This document shows, piece after piece, positions 1 to 12,187 of a stretch of 64,000 nucleotides of DNA. The notes beneath the pieces are model-generated. The model searched no databases. It was not told where the DNA came from and saw only the letters and a program-made list of their open reading frames with translations. The stretch is from Selaginella moellendorffii. Its lineage: Eukaryota > Plantae > Lycopodiophyta. Every line of letters begins with the position of its first letter. The stretch's first letter is position 1. Location: positions 582,775 to 646,774 of the forward strand of contig NW_003314327.1 of NCBI RefSeq assembly GCF_000143415.4, read 5' to 3'. The position numbers and the translations under genes are program-made.

Positions 1-1687
1 GAACAACACGGATCTTATCGTCGTGTCCACGCAGGGATCCAATCACTCGTTTAAACTCGTCACTGATATCAAGCTTGTGGGGGTCGAAGAGCAGTAGTAT
101 CAGGTCGCATTTGGCAGCAAACCATTCCGTAACGCCTGTAAAATCGTAGCTGCGTTGTGTTCTTTGCTTTTCTCCCGATAACACTCCGGGAGTATCAACA
201 AAGCTAACGTGCTCCAGTAGCTGACAAGAGAAACCATTTTGACAATTGCAAGACTGATAATTAGACTTACCGGATGTGGCATCTGAGAACACTCAAACTT
301 GGAGAGAAAAGCAGTTCCAAATTTCGTAAGGCCGCTAAATGGCATGTCCGCCTGCACAGCAATCGTGTTTCCTGGAACACTCCGTTCATCTGTTCCATCC
401 TGGAAACATCCACAGTCAATTACGGATGTGGATGTTTTTATTACTCACCATAACAACGACGAAACGATCCGTCGTAGGCTCAGGTCCAATGTGAGCGCCT
501 ATTTAAGAGTAAACGTAAGCATCTCCAAAGTGAATACATCAATACCACCGACCTGGATAGCTTGTTCTTAATAGATGCTTAATAAACGTTGTTTTCCCGG
601 TGGAATATTGTCCAAGAAGCATCACCATGGGCTTGCAATCAAAGTCGCTTTCAGTCTGTAGAACGCAGACACTGTCAATCCTTTCATTGATTGAAAAACG
701 TGCCACTTACCAATGTAGGAGACACAAAATCATGGAAGCGATACGTAACCTCCAAAGGTTTCAGCTTTTCCAGGTAAAGTTTCTTTAGACCATCAACCAC
801 TGATGTTACTGACGTCGAAGGAATCTAAATTACACACTGGTTAAGTATGTAAAAAGCCTCGTCTTTGAAGAAAAAACACCTTTCTTGGTTGTTTTGTCGC
901 AAACCACTGGGCCGTCTCTGCTTGTAGTTGTGGAGATGTGCCTGCGCAGCGAAGCTGTTATAATAGACAAGATAAAGGCGAAACGAAATATTTACCGTTG
1001 GTGAAGACGTCCCCAGTCGGAGGCGCTCTCTTTCTTGCCTACAAACAGTAAAATTCATGTCAGAGAAGGAAAAATCATAAACGAAGATGGAAGAAGATAG
1101 AAAACACACCAGTATCATTTGTTCCAAGCCTTCCATGTTGGGCGGACTAATCTCATCGACATCTGTCAAGCTAAAACAAAGATGATTCTGCCAGCGTGCA
1201 GGAAGAACAGCAGAAATTACCTCTATCTCTCAGCATGTCCGCGGATATTTCATTCCCGAGCTGTGCTAGTGCTATGATCTGTCCAGTGACACAACAGCGC
1301 ATAAAACCACCGACCATGACGTACAACTTAAAATTCTCCACTCACTTGCATCGCAGCAACGAATTCCTTGAATCCAAGAAAGCCTTGCCGCTTAGAATCC
1401 GCCACTGCCCAGACCTGGAAATAAGAACAAGAGTTTCGACCCAAATCCATGCCGCATTCCATACCTGCTTGAGATGCGACCGCGGCAGCTGCGAGAGCGA
1501 AAAGAATTTCACCGCATCGGCGCCGGTGATACGCCCATCCCCATCTGTGGCGAAAATTCCACCAAAATATCGATTACCGTGGGAGGTATCGAGCGAGCTC
1601 ACCTTCGTCCGCAAAATCAAACCACTGCTTGTACATTTGCTCGTCCTGCTTGGCATAGTGCACTGATCGCACAGACAGAATGTCCAT
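1..1687 (-). CDS. EHD1: EH-domain-containing protein (EHD/RME-1 family, dynamin-like ATPase); multi-exon, 3' part runs off window
   Basis: Spliced translation from ATG 1687: MDILSVRSVHYAKQDEQMYKQWFDFADEDGDGRITGADAVKFFSLSQLPRSHLKQVW (EH domain). P-loop KPMVMLLGQYSTGKTTFIKHLL at ~570-640 and MPFSGLTKFGTAFLSKFECSQMPHP. Confidence 0.93.
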
Positions 1688-1808
1688 CGCGAGAAAGAGA
1701 GAAATAAGAGCCCTAAAGAGCTGAGCTTCTGGTAAACCCTAGATCATATAGCGCGTAAGTTTAAAGCCTTGTCACAGTTAAAATCACAGTTACACCAAAA
1801 TGAGGTTT

Positions 1809-3971
1809 TTACTCTTTACGTTGCTTCTTCTTCCTTGAGTCCGGGGCTGGAGCTTCTACTTCTTCGATCATCATCTTTTTCTTCTTCTTCTTTTTTTTCT
1901 CGGGCTCTTCTTCCAGAGCTGGATCTTCCTCTTGAGCTTTCCCCTTGGATTTCTTCTCCTTCTTGGAGCTCTTTTTCTCCTTGGCCGGCGCTTCTACTTC
2001 TTCTACTAGTGGTGTCGATGCTCCAGCTTCTTCCGATTTATCCTTCTTCGATTTCTTCTTCTTCGGAGTCAGGGTCTCCGGCTCGGCTGAAGCTCCAGCG
2101 TCTTGCTCTGCGGTTTGAGTCCTCTTCTTCTTCTTCTTTGGAGGCTCCTCGGTCGCTGGAGCTTCTTCTTCCTGATCTTTTTTCTTTCTCTTTTCTCGTT
2201 TGCCCCCGCCAAGTGTTATATCTGCTTGAGTCTCGTACGCCTGCAACAATCCAACACTCGTTAGATGAAGAGCAAAAAGTTCTTCGTACCTTAGCGGCAG
2301 TGAGCAAGCCTGGAGTAGCGCCCTTCCGGTCTTTGTCGTACGCCTCGATCTTAGCTTTGCCTTTAGCTGCACCGCTAGCTTTTCCGAGAGCCCTGCCTTC
2401 CAATTGTCGCAATCTTGCTTCAACCTGGTTAATAGACCACATCTCAGTAACGTATAACAGAAAGATGACAATTTGAGACCTTTGCGCGGTTCTCAATGCC
2501 GATGTTGGCGTCCTGACCCTCCCCAAGAGCATCGTACCGAATAGATAGTGCAGTCTTTGCAGCTAACACCCGAGCGATCTTCCCCTTGAACTTAGCTGGT
2601 GCTTGTCCCACCAAAGAGGCATGATAGATCAACCCGTACTTCGGTGTGTTTTGCTTGGTCTTTAAAGCCCTGAAGAGCGCCTGAAAAGCCAGAAGAAGTG
2701 TTACTTCACGGCAAACTAAAAAAAATCCCACCTTCTCTGCGCCAAGGATTTGTACCGTGCTTGAAGGCTGCTTGGATAAGTTTATAAGGCTTCCAGCATG
2801 AGCTATCAACCGAGCACCAACTAGCTCTCCCACAAGCACCGTCAAGTTAGGAGCGATTGCCTTCATCCTGCTGCGCAAGTAATCATAGAGCTGTGTCCGG
2901 TATTCTGCCAAAGAGATGACCTGATCACAAAACTCTTGGATCGTGTCCATGTCTTCTTCAGTTATATCTGTCCCCATGGATATTGGCACAGCTTCCTTGA
3001 GTTGAACTTCGATCTCTTCTTCCAAAATCTATGCAAGAAAAAACGTAAATACTAGCATGAAATCACTAAGACAGCATACCTCGGAGAAATCGAGGTCCGG
3101 TGCATTGACCCGTTTCTTCATAAGCTTAACGGATTTCGCGTACTGAATGTTGTCCGTGACTATCTTTGCCAGCTCTGGAAAATGCCAGCCATACCACTCC
3201 CGAACTCTCATAGCATAAGTGTTCAGCTCTTTATCGAGATCATCCAAGAGACCGATAGCTTGAACGATCATGGTATCAACCTGGAGTAAGAACACATAAG
3301 ATACCAATGAAAAAAAACCGTTTTTCAAAGCCACACCTTATCAGGACTGAACTTGAGAGTGTATCTGCACAAACTGTGAGAAAGCCCAAGACTCATCGAG
3401 GCCAAGTCCTGGTTTGACAGTCCTTCGACAAGATCTGCAAGTTGGGACCTCACGCCCCTCAACAGTTCCATCACTCCATTGCTGTGGATGCAGCTGATTT
3501 CCTGGCAACTCTCTCAGTTAGCCCCTACAAAAAAACCAAGTTCGAAACAAAGAACCCACGAGCTTCTCGGTGATGATCCTTCCTAGCTTGGAGTCGGCAA
3601 TGGCCAAAATCTGGCCTTGGCATTCTGCTTTGAGAAACTTCTTCAGTCCCTTACTAAGCTTGCTCTCGACAATGGCGGTCGCGGCACCGAGCGCTTCGGC
3701 AGTGTTCTCAAACTTGTGAAAAGATTTGAGCTTGACAATCTATACCAAAGAAATATCACAGCAATGACAACAGAATGCCAGAGATCCAAACCTGCCTGGC
3801 CGCCGCTGGCGTCTCGAATTCCTTCCAGATATCCTGCCAAAGATCAAGAAGAACGGCCGTGAGCAAGATAAATCCAAGCGCGAGCTAGCTCACATCCACT
3901 TGGTTGAGCTTCGCTTCGTCCAGGAGCTTGAAGAGCGCGAAGCCCGCCGGCGTCTCGACGAGCACCAGCAT
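1809..3971 (-). CDS. NOP58: Nucleolar protein 58 (box C/D snoRNP core, NOP5/NOP58); multi-exon
   Basis: Starts [19 protein letters not shown]. Nop-domain exons include [36 protein letters not shown] and [24 protein letters not shown]. Ends in a KKE/D-rich tail with stop at 1809. Confidence 0.95.
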
Positions 3972-4062
3972 CGTCTTCCCTCCCTGGCGGCCTAAAACCC
4001 TAAATCCTAAAACCCTATTCCTGTTTAGGGTACTTGCTGGGATAAAACGGGTTTAAATGTTT

Positions 4063-6515
4063 TTAAAACTCGGCTTTCCCGGGGTAGCGCGGGAAAGGTA
4101 TTACATCTCTGATGTTCTCGAGGCCAGTGGCAAAAAGAACCATTCTCTCAAAGCCAAGGCCAAAGCCCGAGTGCTTCACGGTGCCATAGCGTCGTAGATC
4201 CAAGTACCATTCGTATGGTTCCGTTGGAAGATTGAGCTCTTGGAGCCTGGAGAAAAAAGTTTCACAGTAATTTGACAAGACTCGGATAGAAAAATTCATA
4301 CCTTTGCACCAGAACTTCGTATCGTTCTTCTCTCTGGCTTCCACCAACGAGTTCTCCAACCTGGAATGGTACAAAGACGATCATATACGTCTTTTAAATC
4401 GAAGGGGATTTTACCTTTGGGACGAGGATATCCATGGCTGCCACAGTTTTGCCATCATCGTTCATTCTCATGTAGAACGCTTTGATGTCTTTTGGATAGT
4501 TGTACACTATCACTGGCTTCTGGAAGAGCTCCTCAGCAAGATATCTGTCATAGAATGCCCTGTGAGGCAAATTCACGTTAAATGGTTGCTACCTTTCGTG
4601 CTCGGAGGCCAGATCGACTCCCCATGAAACAGGGTTCTCGAAGGTTCTATCCTTCACCTGAGTATCTGCAAGTGTAAGTTTCCTTCCAACAAAGAACAAA
4701 AAAAACTAACAAACCTCCAATAACTTCTCGATGGCCTGTGTGTACGTGATCCTCGCAAACGGCGTAGAAGCAACTAGTTTCAGTCGATCCAAGGCCGTGT
4801 TGTCCCACATCTTGGTCATAAACTCCATGTCGTCGTAGCAGTTGTCCAGAAGCCACTGGCATAGAAACTTCACATAGTCTTCCGCACAGTTCATATCATC
4901 CTGGTAAAAGGATATGACCACATATGTCAGAACAGATACAAATTTCTCTGGAGATTTTCAATCACCTGGAGATCCGCGAAAGCAAGTTCCGGCTCGATCA
5001 TCCAAAACTCCGCCAAATGCCTCGTTGTGTGAGAGTTTTCAGCACGAAACGTCGGGCCAAAGGTGTAAACGTTGCTTAGGCTGCATGCGTACGTTTCCAC
5101 CTGGAGCTGGCCGGAGACAGTCAGGAAGGCCTGACGTCCAAAAAAATCACCAGTGTAATCAAATCCTCCTTTGTCCTTCTTAGGAATTCCACCTGTAAGC
5201 TTCATCCGCTCGACCACCTTCGCAAGCTCGTCTTTAGCGGTCTGAAGCTTCAACACTGCCGCAGCAATTTCATCTTTGCTCTTCTTCTCGGCTTTCAGCG
5301 CTTTCACTGTTTCTCCGCATTTCGTAACCTCTGCCTTTGCCTGCTCAAGGTCCGCTTCAGTCGGAGCCGGGGTACTTGCGAGCTCCTTCTCTCGCTTCTC
5401 AGCTTCCGAGAACATTGTTGTAACTTGGAACATCTCGCCAGCACCTTCGCAATCGCTGGTGGTGATGATCGGAGTGTGGACGTACACGAATCGATTCTGT
5501 TGGAAAAATGTGTGGGTGGCGAATGCAAGAGCGTTGCGAATCCTTGCAACCGAAGAAATCTGGAGTTCCAACATTACGTCAAAACGAGCAACAAAAAGAA
5601 ATAAAACTCACCGTATTTGTTCGAGACCTGAGATGCATCAAGTTCCTCAAAAACTCCAGAGTATGCCGGCCCTTGGCGATCGGATACTTGGAAGCATCGA
5701 CAGGTCCAACTTCCAGCACCTTCTGAGCTCTCAGCTCCACCTTTTGTTTCTTTGCAGTCTCAGGAGGCTGCGTCAATTCCCCCTCGACCACGAGGCATGT
5801 TCCAGTGTAGATAAGTTGCGCATCCGGCGTCACTGTATCCTCGACAATCACCTGAAGGCAAACAGAAAAAAGGAAATTATCTTTCAATCGTACTGCAAAG
5901 AAAGAAGAGAAAAAAGTCACACACTAACGCACACATCATGGCTTTCCACTCACAAACTAGCAATCTTTCCCACAACTTAAACGAAGACAAGCAAGACAAA
6001 AAAAAGATTACAAGCTTTACACAGAACAGGCTCTCCGAAAACACAAATCGCAAGAAAATCTTTCGGATCGAGCTCCAAGCGACAAAGACTGCAAATGGCT
6101 TTCCACTCACGATAAGGAAAACTGACAACCTTTCTCACAATTTAAAACGAAGAACAAGCAACAGTAGAAAAGAAACCAGCTTTTCACAGAACAAGCTCTC
6201 AACACTAACAAATCGCGGACGAACAGTAAATCTCTCGGATCGAGCTCCAAGCGACAAAGAGAAGATTACCTGCAAATTCGCGGGGCAGGAGCCATCGTTG
6301 AGCTCCAGAAATGTGAGCCGCCCCTTCTCGTGGCTCCGCCCGGTCTTGACCCATCCCCCAACCCTTACATTGTGGCCCAGGAGTCCCGCGCCTCCATCCG
6401 GGCGACCTAGGATGCTCTTGATGAAGACGCGATGGGAGTACTTCGCCCACTCGATGCCGCTCTTGGTGGCCAGCGTGAGCGCCTCCATTTGGGCCTGGAC
6501 GGCTCCTTCACCCAT
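4063..6515 (-). CDS. SYNC1: Asparaginyl-tRNA synthetase, cytosolic plant type with WHEP-like helical insertion; multi-exon
   Basis: OB-fold VGGWVKTGR, then [44 protein letters not shown] and [23 protein letters not shown]. First true ATG at 6515 (the track's 6521 start is TTG). Confidence 0.94.
5938..6275. repeat. Diverged tandem duplication (~160-180-bp unit x2) inside AsnRS intron 1
   Basis: TGGCTTTCCACTCAC...CACAGAAC...TCGGATCGAGCTCCAAGCGACAAAGA occurs at ~5939-6090 and again at ~6097-6260. Confidence 0.85.
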
Positions 6516-6581
6516 TCCCAATCGCCTGTGGTTTTAGGGTTTATGTGATTTTAGGGCTTTAGCTCTCGACGAGCGCGCGCG
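6516..6581. promoter_or_regulatory. 66-bp bidirectional promoter (AsnRS/TAF6) with telo-box
   Basis: Divergent ATGs at 6515 and 6582. TAGGGTTT (telo-box AAACCCTA on the minus strand) at ~6535-6542, plus a TTAGGGC variant. Confidence 0.7.
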
Positions 6582-8623
6582 ATGAGCATCGTCCCTAAGG
6601 AGACGATTCACGTCATCGCGCAGAGCATTGGCATCAGCAATCTCCACGATGATGTCGCCGCGGCGCTTGCGCCGGATGTCGAGTATCGGATGCGCGAGAT
6701 CATGCAGGTTTGGCCTCTTTCTCCCTCGATCTACCGATTTCGCCGATTTTGAGCTGAGATCGTCGGTAATTTGCGCTGCCAGGAGGCGATCAAGTGCATG
6801 CGCCACTCGAAGAGGAGCGTTCTCACCACCGACGATGTCAATACGGCCTTGAGCTTGAGAAATGTAGAGGTGAGTTGCGAATTTCTCGTGAGTTCGTTGC
6901 TTAGCATTTTTATGTAGCCACTCTATGGATTTGCCTCTGGAGATCCATTGCGCTTCCGGAGAGCTGTTGGTCACTCTGATCTGTTCTTCATAGATGATAG
7001 GGAGCTCGACTGTAAAGAGGTACTTTTTCGTTTTCGTTTTCGTTTTCCTTTTCTTCTGATCTAACAAACTTTTCTCTAGATCACCGAGGCTCCTTTGACG
7101 AAAGCACCTCTAGACACGGCCGTCATGGCTCACTGGCTAGCAATAGAGGGAATACAACCCGCCATCCCCGAGAACGTTCCCATTGATCGTGAGTGGTTTG
7201 CTTTCCTCGTGAATGCAATTTGATAACTCCTGTTGCAGCTCTTTCAGCTCCGCCGGAAGTGAAGAAATCCGACATTCCTGGATTGAAGCCTGATCAGATG
7301 ACAGTGGACCTAAAGCTTCCTGTCAAACATGTTCTTTCTAGAGAACTTCAGGTACGATGGAAATTGCACCGGTCGTTCTTTTGCTAAATTTTTCATTTTT
7401 TCCTCTGGGCAGCTATACTTTGAGAAAATCACGGAGCTTATTGTCACTGGCGCCGACGATGTGCTACTAAAAGACGTCTTTGCAAGTTTGGCGACTGATT
7501 CCGGTTTACACCCTTTGGTACCATACTTCACGCAATTTATTGCAGACGAGGTATTCACATGATCACGAAAGTGCTGAATTTTCAGTTCTATTTTTCGTTT
7601 TTGTCCAATGTAGGTAACACGGGGGCTTAATGACTTGCCGCTCCTTTTCTCTCTGATGCGCGTTGCTCGCAGCCTGCTACTGAATCCACACATCCATATC
7701 GAGCCTTATGTAAGCACTTGTTTTGCTCTGATGATGGTGCGAGTGATAAGTCTAGGCTTGCTGAATGGCAGCTCCATCAGTTGATGCCATCTGTGGTGAC
7801 GTGCCTCGTTGCAAAGCGCCTGGGTGGTAAGAATTTCGTCAACCATTGGGAGCTCCGGGACTTCACAGCCACACTTATTGCCTTCATATGCAAACGGTTT
7901 GTAAACTCATCTCTTTTTGTTTTTCTCTGGAGTGGCTGAAACTTTTGTTACTTGCAGCTTCGGTCATGCGTATTATAACTTGCAAACGCGCGTGACCAAA
8001 ACTTTACTCCACGCCTTCTTGGATCCGAAACGGGCAATGACACAACATTATGGTGCTGTGAAAGGAATCGCAGCTCTTGGCTCAAAACTGGTGTGCTTTT
8101 ATGCGACAATGAAACGGTGACTGAACTAATAGTCTTCTTACAGGTGCGGCTATTGATTCTTCCCAACCTGGAAGTATACATCAACTTGCTCTTGCCAGAA
8201 ATGTCTTCCCAAGATCAAGCAAACGAGCTAAAAAGATACGAAGCCATCAGAGTCTACGGAGCTCTTCAGGTAGATTTATTTTTCCAAGCCTGAACTGGAA
8301 ACTCACTTTCACGTATGGCACAGGCGGCGGCTGGAAACTGTATATATGAAATGCTCCAGTCCGCTCCTCCCTCAAAGAAGAAACCAGCTAACAACAAGTC
8401 TCAATCAACAACACGCAAAGATGTCGACGGGGACGCATCAATGCACGAGGAAGACGGGGCCGACGACAAGGACGAAGGCGTGAAGAGGCGGAGGAGAGCT
8501 TTGTCGGAGGCGTGGAAGGAGGATGTGGAGGTGGGCGATCTCATTAACTCACTGGTTGATCTGTTTGGCGAAGGAATGCTACCGTTCATACCGATGCGAG
8601 AGATGAGTAAATGCATCTTGTGA
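6582..8623 (+). CDS. TAF6: TFIID subunit 6 (TBP-associated factor 6); multi-exon
   Basis: Histone fold [42 protein letters not shown], followed by [20 protein letters not shown] and [17 protein letters not shown]. Confidence 0.95.
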
Positions 8624-8740
8624 CAGTACGAGAGGTAAAGGAGGAGGATTGACTAGGAAGGAAATTCTTTCGTAGCGTTGGTTTTAACTCTTGTCAGGGA
8701 AAGAAGTTGATGGTAGCAAGAAAGAGAATTCTTTTCCTTC

Positions 8741-10725
8741 TCATCTGTGCAAGAATCGAGCATGCTTGACAATGATGAACACGACCCAGAGATGCAGCAG
8801 GAAGAAGTATGCTGCGGCTAGAGATCTCACAGTTCTGTTCATGCCCAACACTCTGGTACCTTGAATGAAGAGGGAGTCGAGATTACTGGAAATCTCGCTC
8901 CAGCTTATAAGCTCGTCACCGCTTGCAGTTGGTCCAAACTCGATGTCGGAGCTCTCGTTTCTCGTTTTCGAGGCCCTCTCCTGAGACGAGTATGCCTGTG
9001 AAAGAGAAAGAAAAGCTGTAAGAATTTGGTGTGCTTTTAGTGCTGCTCTACCTCGAGACGAAAGATCAGCGTGGCTTTCTCAGTTGATAGCGCTTCAACC
9101 TGGAAAGCGTACCACCGCGTTTTGTAATCAATGAAGTGGAATCACAAGCCTTGTCTTACTTGAGTTTGCGTGTGAATGAGATGATCGGTCCGTGCTATCA
9201 AACGGGACTCTAGTTCTCTTTCCTTGTCACTCTGCATTTGCCGGGACATTCTTGACGCATGTATTTCTGCCTGGAGGTTTTCTACCTGAAATCTGGAAAA
9301 TGAGTGCCTACAGCATGAAGTTATACAAGAATGAAAACCTGAGCTTTATAGTAATCGATGTCGTCAGCAACCTTTTGCTTCTCTTTAAAGACGTCACTGC
9401 TGATTTGAGGAAGAAAAGAACTAGAAGGATTTGCCAAGGTCGACCGAAGTCGTGAAGCCTTCCTCTCAAGCTCTGAAAGTGAGACCTTTAGTGCGAAGTT
9501 CTCAAGAGGCAATATCTCCTACTCACCAAACACGGAAACTCTCTTGAGCTCCAGCTTAGTACGAGCATCCGTAAGTCCTGCAAGCTGAGGCTAAAATTTA
9601 TATGAGCTACTCTTGAAGGAAAACCAAACCTCTGCGTCAAATTTTCTCTGTGCGGCAGCCAGGCATTTAGCAAGCTCAACACTCTCGTTCTGCACAAAAC
9701 GGATTCACGAGAGTGACAAAGCTCGAGTTAAAGCATCACACCTGAAGTAGGGACTCTCTCTCCAGCGCTTCCATCCTCGTATGACTATGGCGTCGCTTTT
9801 CCAAATCCGCTGCTTGGATCAGCTCCACCATGCTCGTCCTCAGCTCTGCAGCCTGGTAATGACTTACTCATTCTCAAAGAAAAGAAAAACAAAGAAAAGC
9901 CATACCTCCTTCTTTTGCTGTTCTTCTCGCTCGTCCAGCAAAGCTTCCAAAGCTTGCTTCTCTGCCTCGAGCTTCTCGACAAACAATGCACGCTCATCGA
10001 TTGCAGCCTTGCAAGCCGAGAGTTCTTCCTCGGTTTGCTCCAGTGACGTCGGCGGATCAATCGCATCCTCGTCCTCTTTCGTGCTGGTATCGTTAACAGT
10101 CCCAACTAAATCTTCTTTAGTGTCCACCACCTCCTTCGTCACGCTTTCCCCTTCTTTGTTTTCTTCTTTCCTCTCGAGTTTATCGCCTGACACTAACTCC
10201 AGGCCATTAGAGTTAGGCTCCTGTGTTGCCACCGCCTTTTTGGAGGCATTGATTCTCTTCGCTGGCGCTGCGAGGAGCTTTCTCGGCCTTCTACTGTTAC
10301 TCTCACTCCTTTGAATCTTCTCTCTCGATGCCGGCCTCTTCCAATCCCCGGAATTCCCAGCCGCGGACAGTATCTCCGTCCAATCGTCCTTCTCCGGATG
10401 AGTAGAGCTCCCTTGGATCGAGGATGAGGAGCGAGCAGCGCCAGAGGGAGCGAAATCTGGAGAGCGATATGTGATCTTGTTGCTCGGGACGAGAGGATCG
10501 CCAAATATTTTCGGATGCGGTGCGCTGCCGAGGATTTCGTGCTGGATCGGGGCCTGGAAGAGAGGATCTGGCTCCTGTGAATCCCTGTCTGGCTTCTTGA
10601 GCGAGTCCGCGGCTTGCTGATCGATCTGAGAGAAGGAAGAAGTGAATTTCTACACGGGATCTAGATCTAACCTGGTTGAGGAGCTGCTCGGCGGCCTTGA
10701 GCTTGGATGATAACCACGACGCCAT
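8741..10725 (-). CDS. Golgin-84 family coiled-coil tether (golgin candidate 2-like) with C-terminal TM helix; multi-exon
   Basis: N-terminus MASWLSSKLKAAEQLLNQ, coiled-coil exons, C-terminus RSLAAAYFFLLHLWVVFIIVKHARFLHR* (stop at 8741). Confidence 0.85.
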
Positions 10726-10799
10726 CGCTGGAGATCAGGAGAAGAATCGTCCTCGCATTTCTAGGGCTTTTGTGAGGTTAGGGTTCTTGAGGGGGAGAT

Positions 10800-12146
10800 A
10801 TGGGATGTAGAGCGAGCAGGCCGATCAGGAGTGGCAGCCACAGGGAAAGGAAGGAGGATCTTGCTCCATGCAACACCAAATGGATCGGCTACGTCTCCAA
10901 CAGCCCGAATTTCTCCTGCGCGGAGCAAGAACGAAGGCTGCGGCGAGCAAATCTCGAGCCAGTGAGAGATGAGGAAGACGAGGAAGATTGCGATGGATTC
11001 CAGTTTGCGATTGCCGGAGGAGAATCTCCTTGCTCCTCCTCGTCACTCATTCCAGGATTGCCCGACGACGTTGCCCGCCTCTGCCTCATGCGCTTGCCGT
11101 GCGTGAAATATTCCTTCTCCTACAGGCTCGTGAGCAAATCCTGGCGATCACTCCTCTCCTCGCCAGATTTCTACTCGGAGCGCCAGCATTTGCCAAGAAT
11201 CCAGCACCAAGCCAGCGTCTGCGTCGTGATCCACGGCAATCGCGTCAGGGTTTTCGACACCGTCACTTGCCAGTGGTTCTCCCTCCCACCGCTGCCTCAC
11301 AGCATCGACGACGAAGATCCAGACCTTGGAATCCGCATCGATCCATACGACTGGTGGCGGATCGACACGGTCGCCGTGGCCGATGGAAATCTCTTCGTCA
11401 TCGGCGGGGAGGAGAGCCGGATCCCATCCAGCCGCGTCCACAGGTATGATTTCTGCCACTGCCGCTGGGAGGAGATGGCGCCCATGGGAATCGCTCGATC
11501 CCACTCCGCTGCGGTGACAGTAGGGGGCCGCGTCTACGTCGCTGGCGGCACGTCCGCCGAGGTGTTCGTCCCCAGCGAGAACTCCTGGACAACCATCTCT
11601 GGGCTCAAGCGCGCCATGAGATCATGCGTGGGGATCGAGCACCAAGGCAAGGTGTTCGTCAAGGGAGAGAATTGCCAAGGAGCTGGATCGCCCATCGAGG
11701 CACAGGTCTATGATCCCAGCGGCGACGAGTGGAACCGGATGGTGCCAAAGCTCAAGGCCGGATTGACGCGAGGCCCGGTTGCTTCGTCCGGGGCGGCGAT
11801 CTTCGTGGCGGACTGGAAGGATCTCCAGCTCAAGGCTTTCAATCCGGAGCTCGAGAGCTGGGACGTGGTCGGGCAGCTCCCGGCAAGGCTTAGCCGGCTC
11901 GTCGGCCATGGAGCACAGCTCTATGGATTCACTGGGAAGATCAAGGTAGACTCTGTGAATCACCGCGTTATCTCTGGAGCTCCCACCGAGGTCTGGAAGC
12001 TCGACATTGGAAGAAGAGGGATTAGAAACCATCACCCACTGGTGCTCCAGTGGGAATGCATTTGGCGAGGCGCCAAAAACAGCACGAAAGTTGGCGGTCT
12101 TACTTGGGCGCCTTCCAGTGCTCACTGTGCTCTTCTCGAGGACTAA
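10800..12146 (+). CDS. F-box/kelch-repeat protein, intronless
   Basis: 448-aa ORF with F-box LIPGLPDDVARLCLMRLP and kelch repeats LFVIGG / RVYVAGG. N-terminal MGC is a possible myristoylation/palmitoylation site. Confidence 0.92.
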   Translation: MGCRASRPIRSGSHRERKEDLAPCNTKWIGYVSNSPNFSCAEQERRLRRANLEPVRDEEDEEDCDGFQFAIAGGESPCSSSSLIPGLPDDVARLCLMRLPCVKYSFSYRLVSKSWRSLLSSPDFYSERQHLPRIQHQASVCVVIHGNRVRVFDTVTCQWFSLPPLPHSIDDEDPDLGIRIDPYDWWRIDTVAVADGNLFVIGGEESRIPSSRVHRYDFCHCRWEEMAPMGIARSHSAAVTVGGRVYVAGGTSAEVFVPSENSWTTISGLKRAMRSCVGIEHQGKVFVKGENCQGAGSPIEAQVYDPSGDEWNRMVPKLKAGLTRGPVASSGAAIFVADWKDLQLKAFNPELESWDVVGQLPARLSRLVGHGAQLYGFTGKIKVDSVNHRVISGAPTEVWKLDIGRRGIRNHHPLVLQWECIWRGAKNSTKVGGLTWAPSSAHCALLED

Positions 12147-12187
12147 GACGAAGCAAGGAAAAAAGAATCACTCTGGTGGTGGTGCTA

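Noticed and set aside
1769-2476. 235-aa Ser/Leu-rich plus-strand ORF
   Set aside because: Antisense to the Lys/Glu-rich NOP58 tail.
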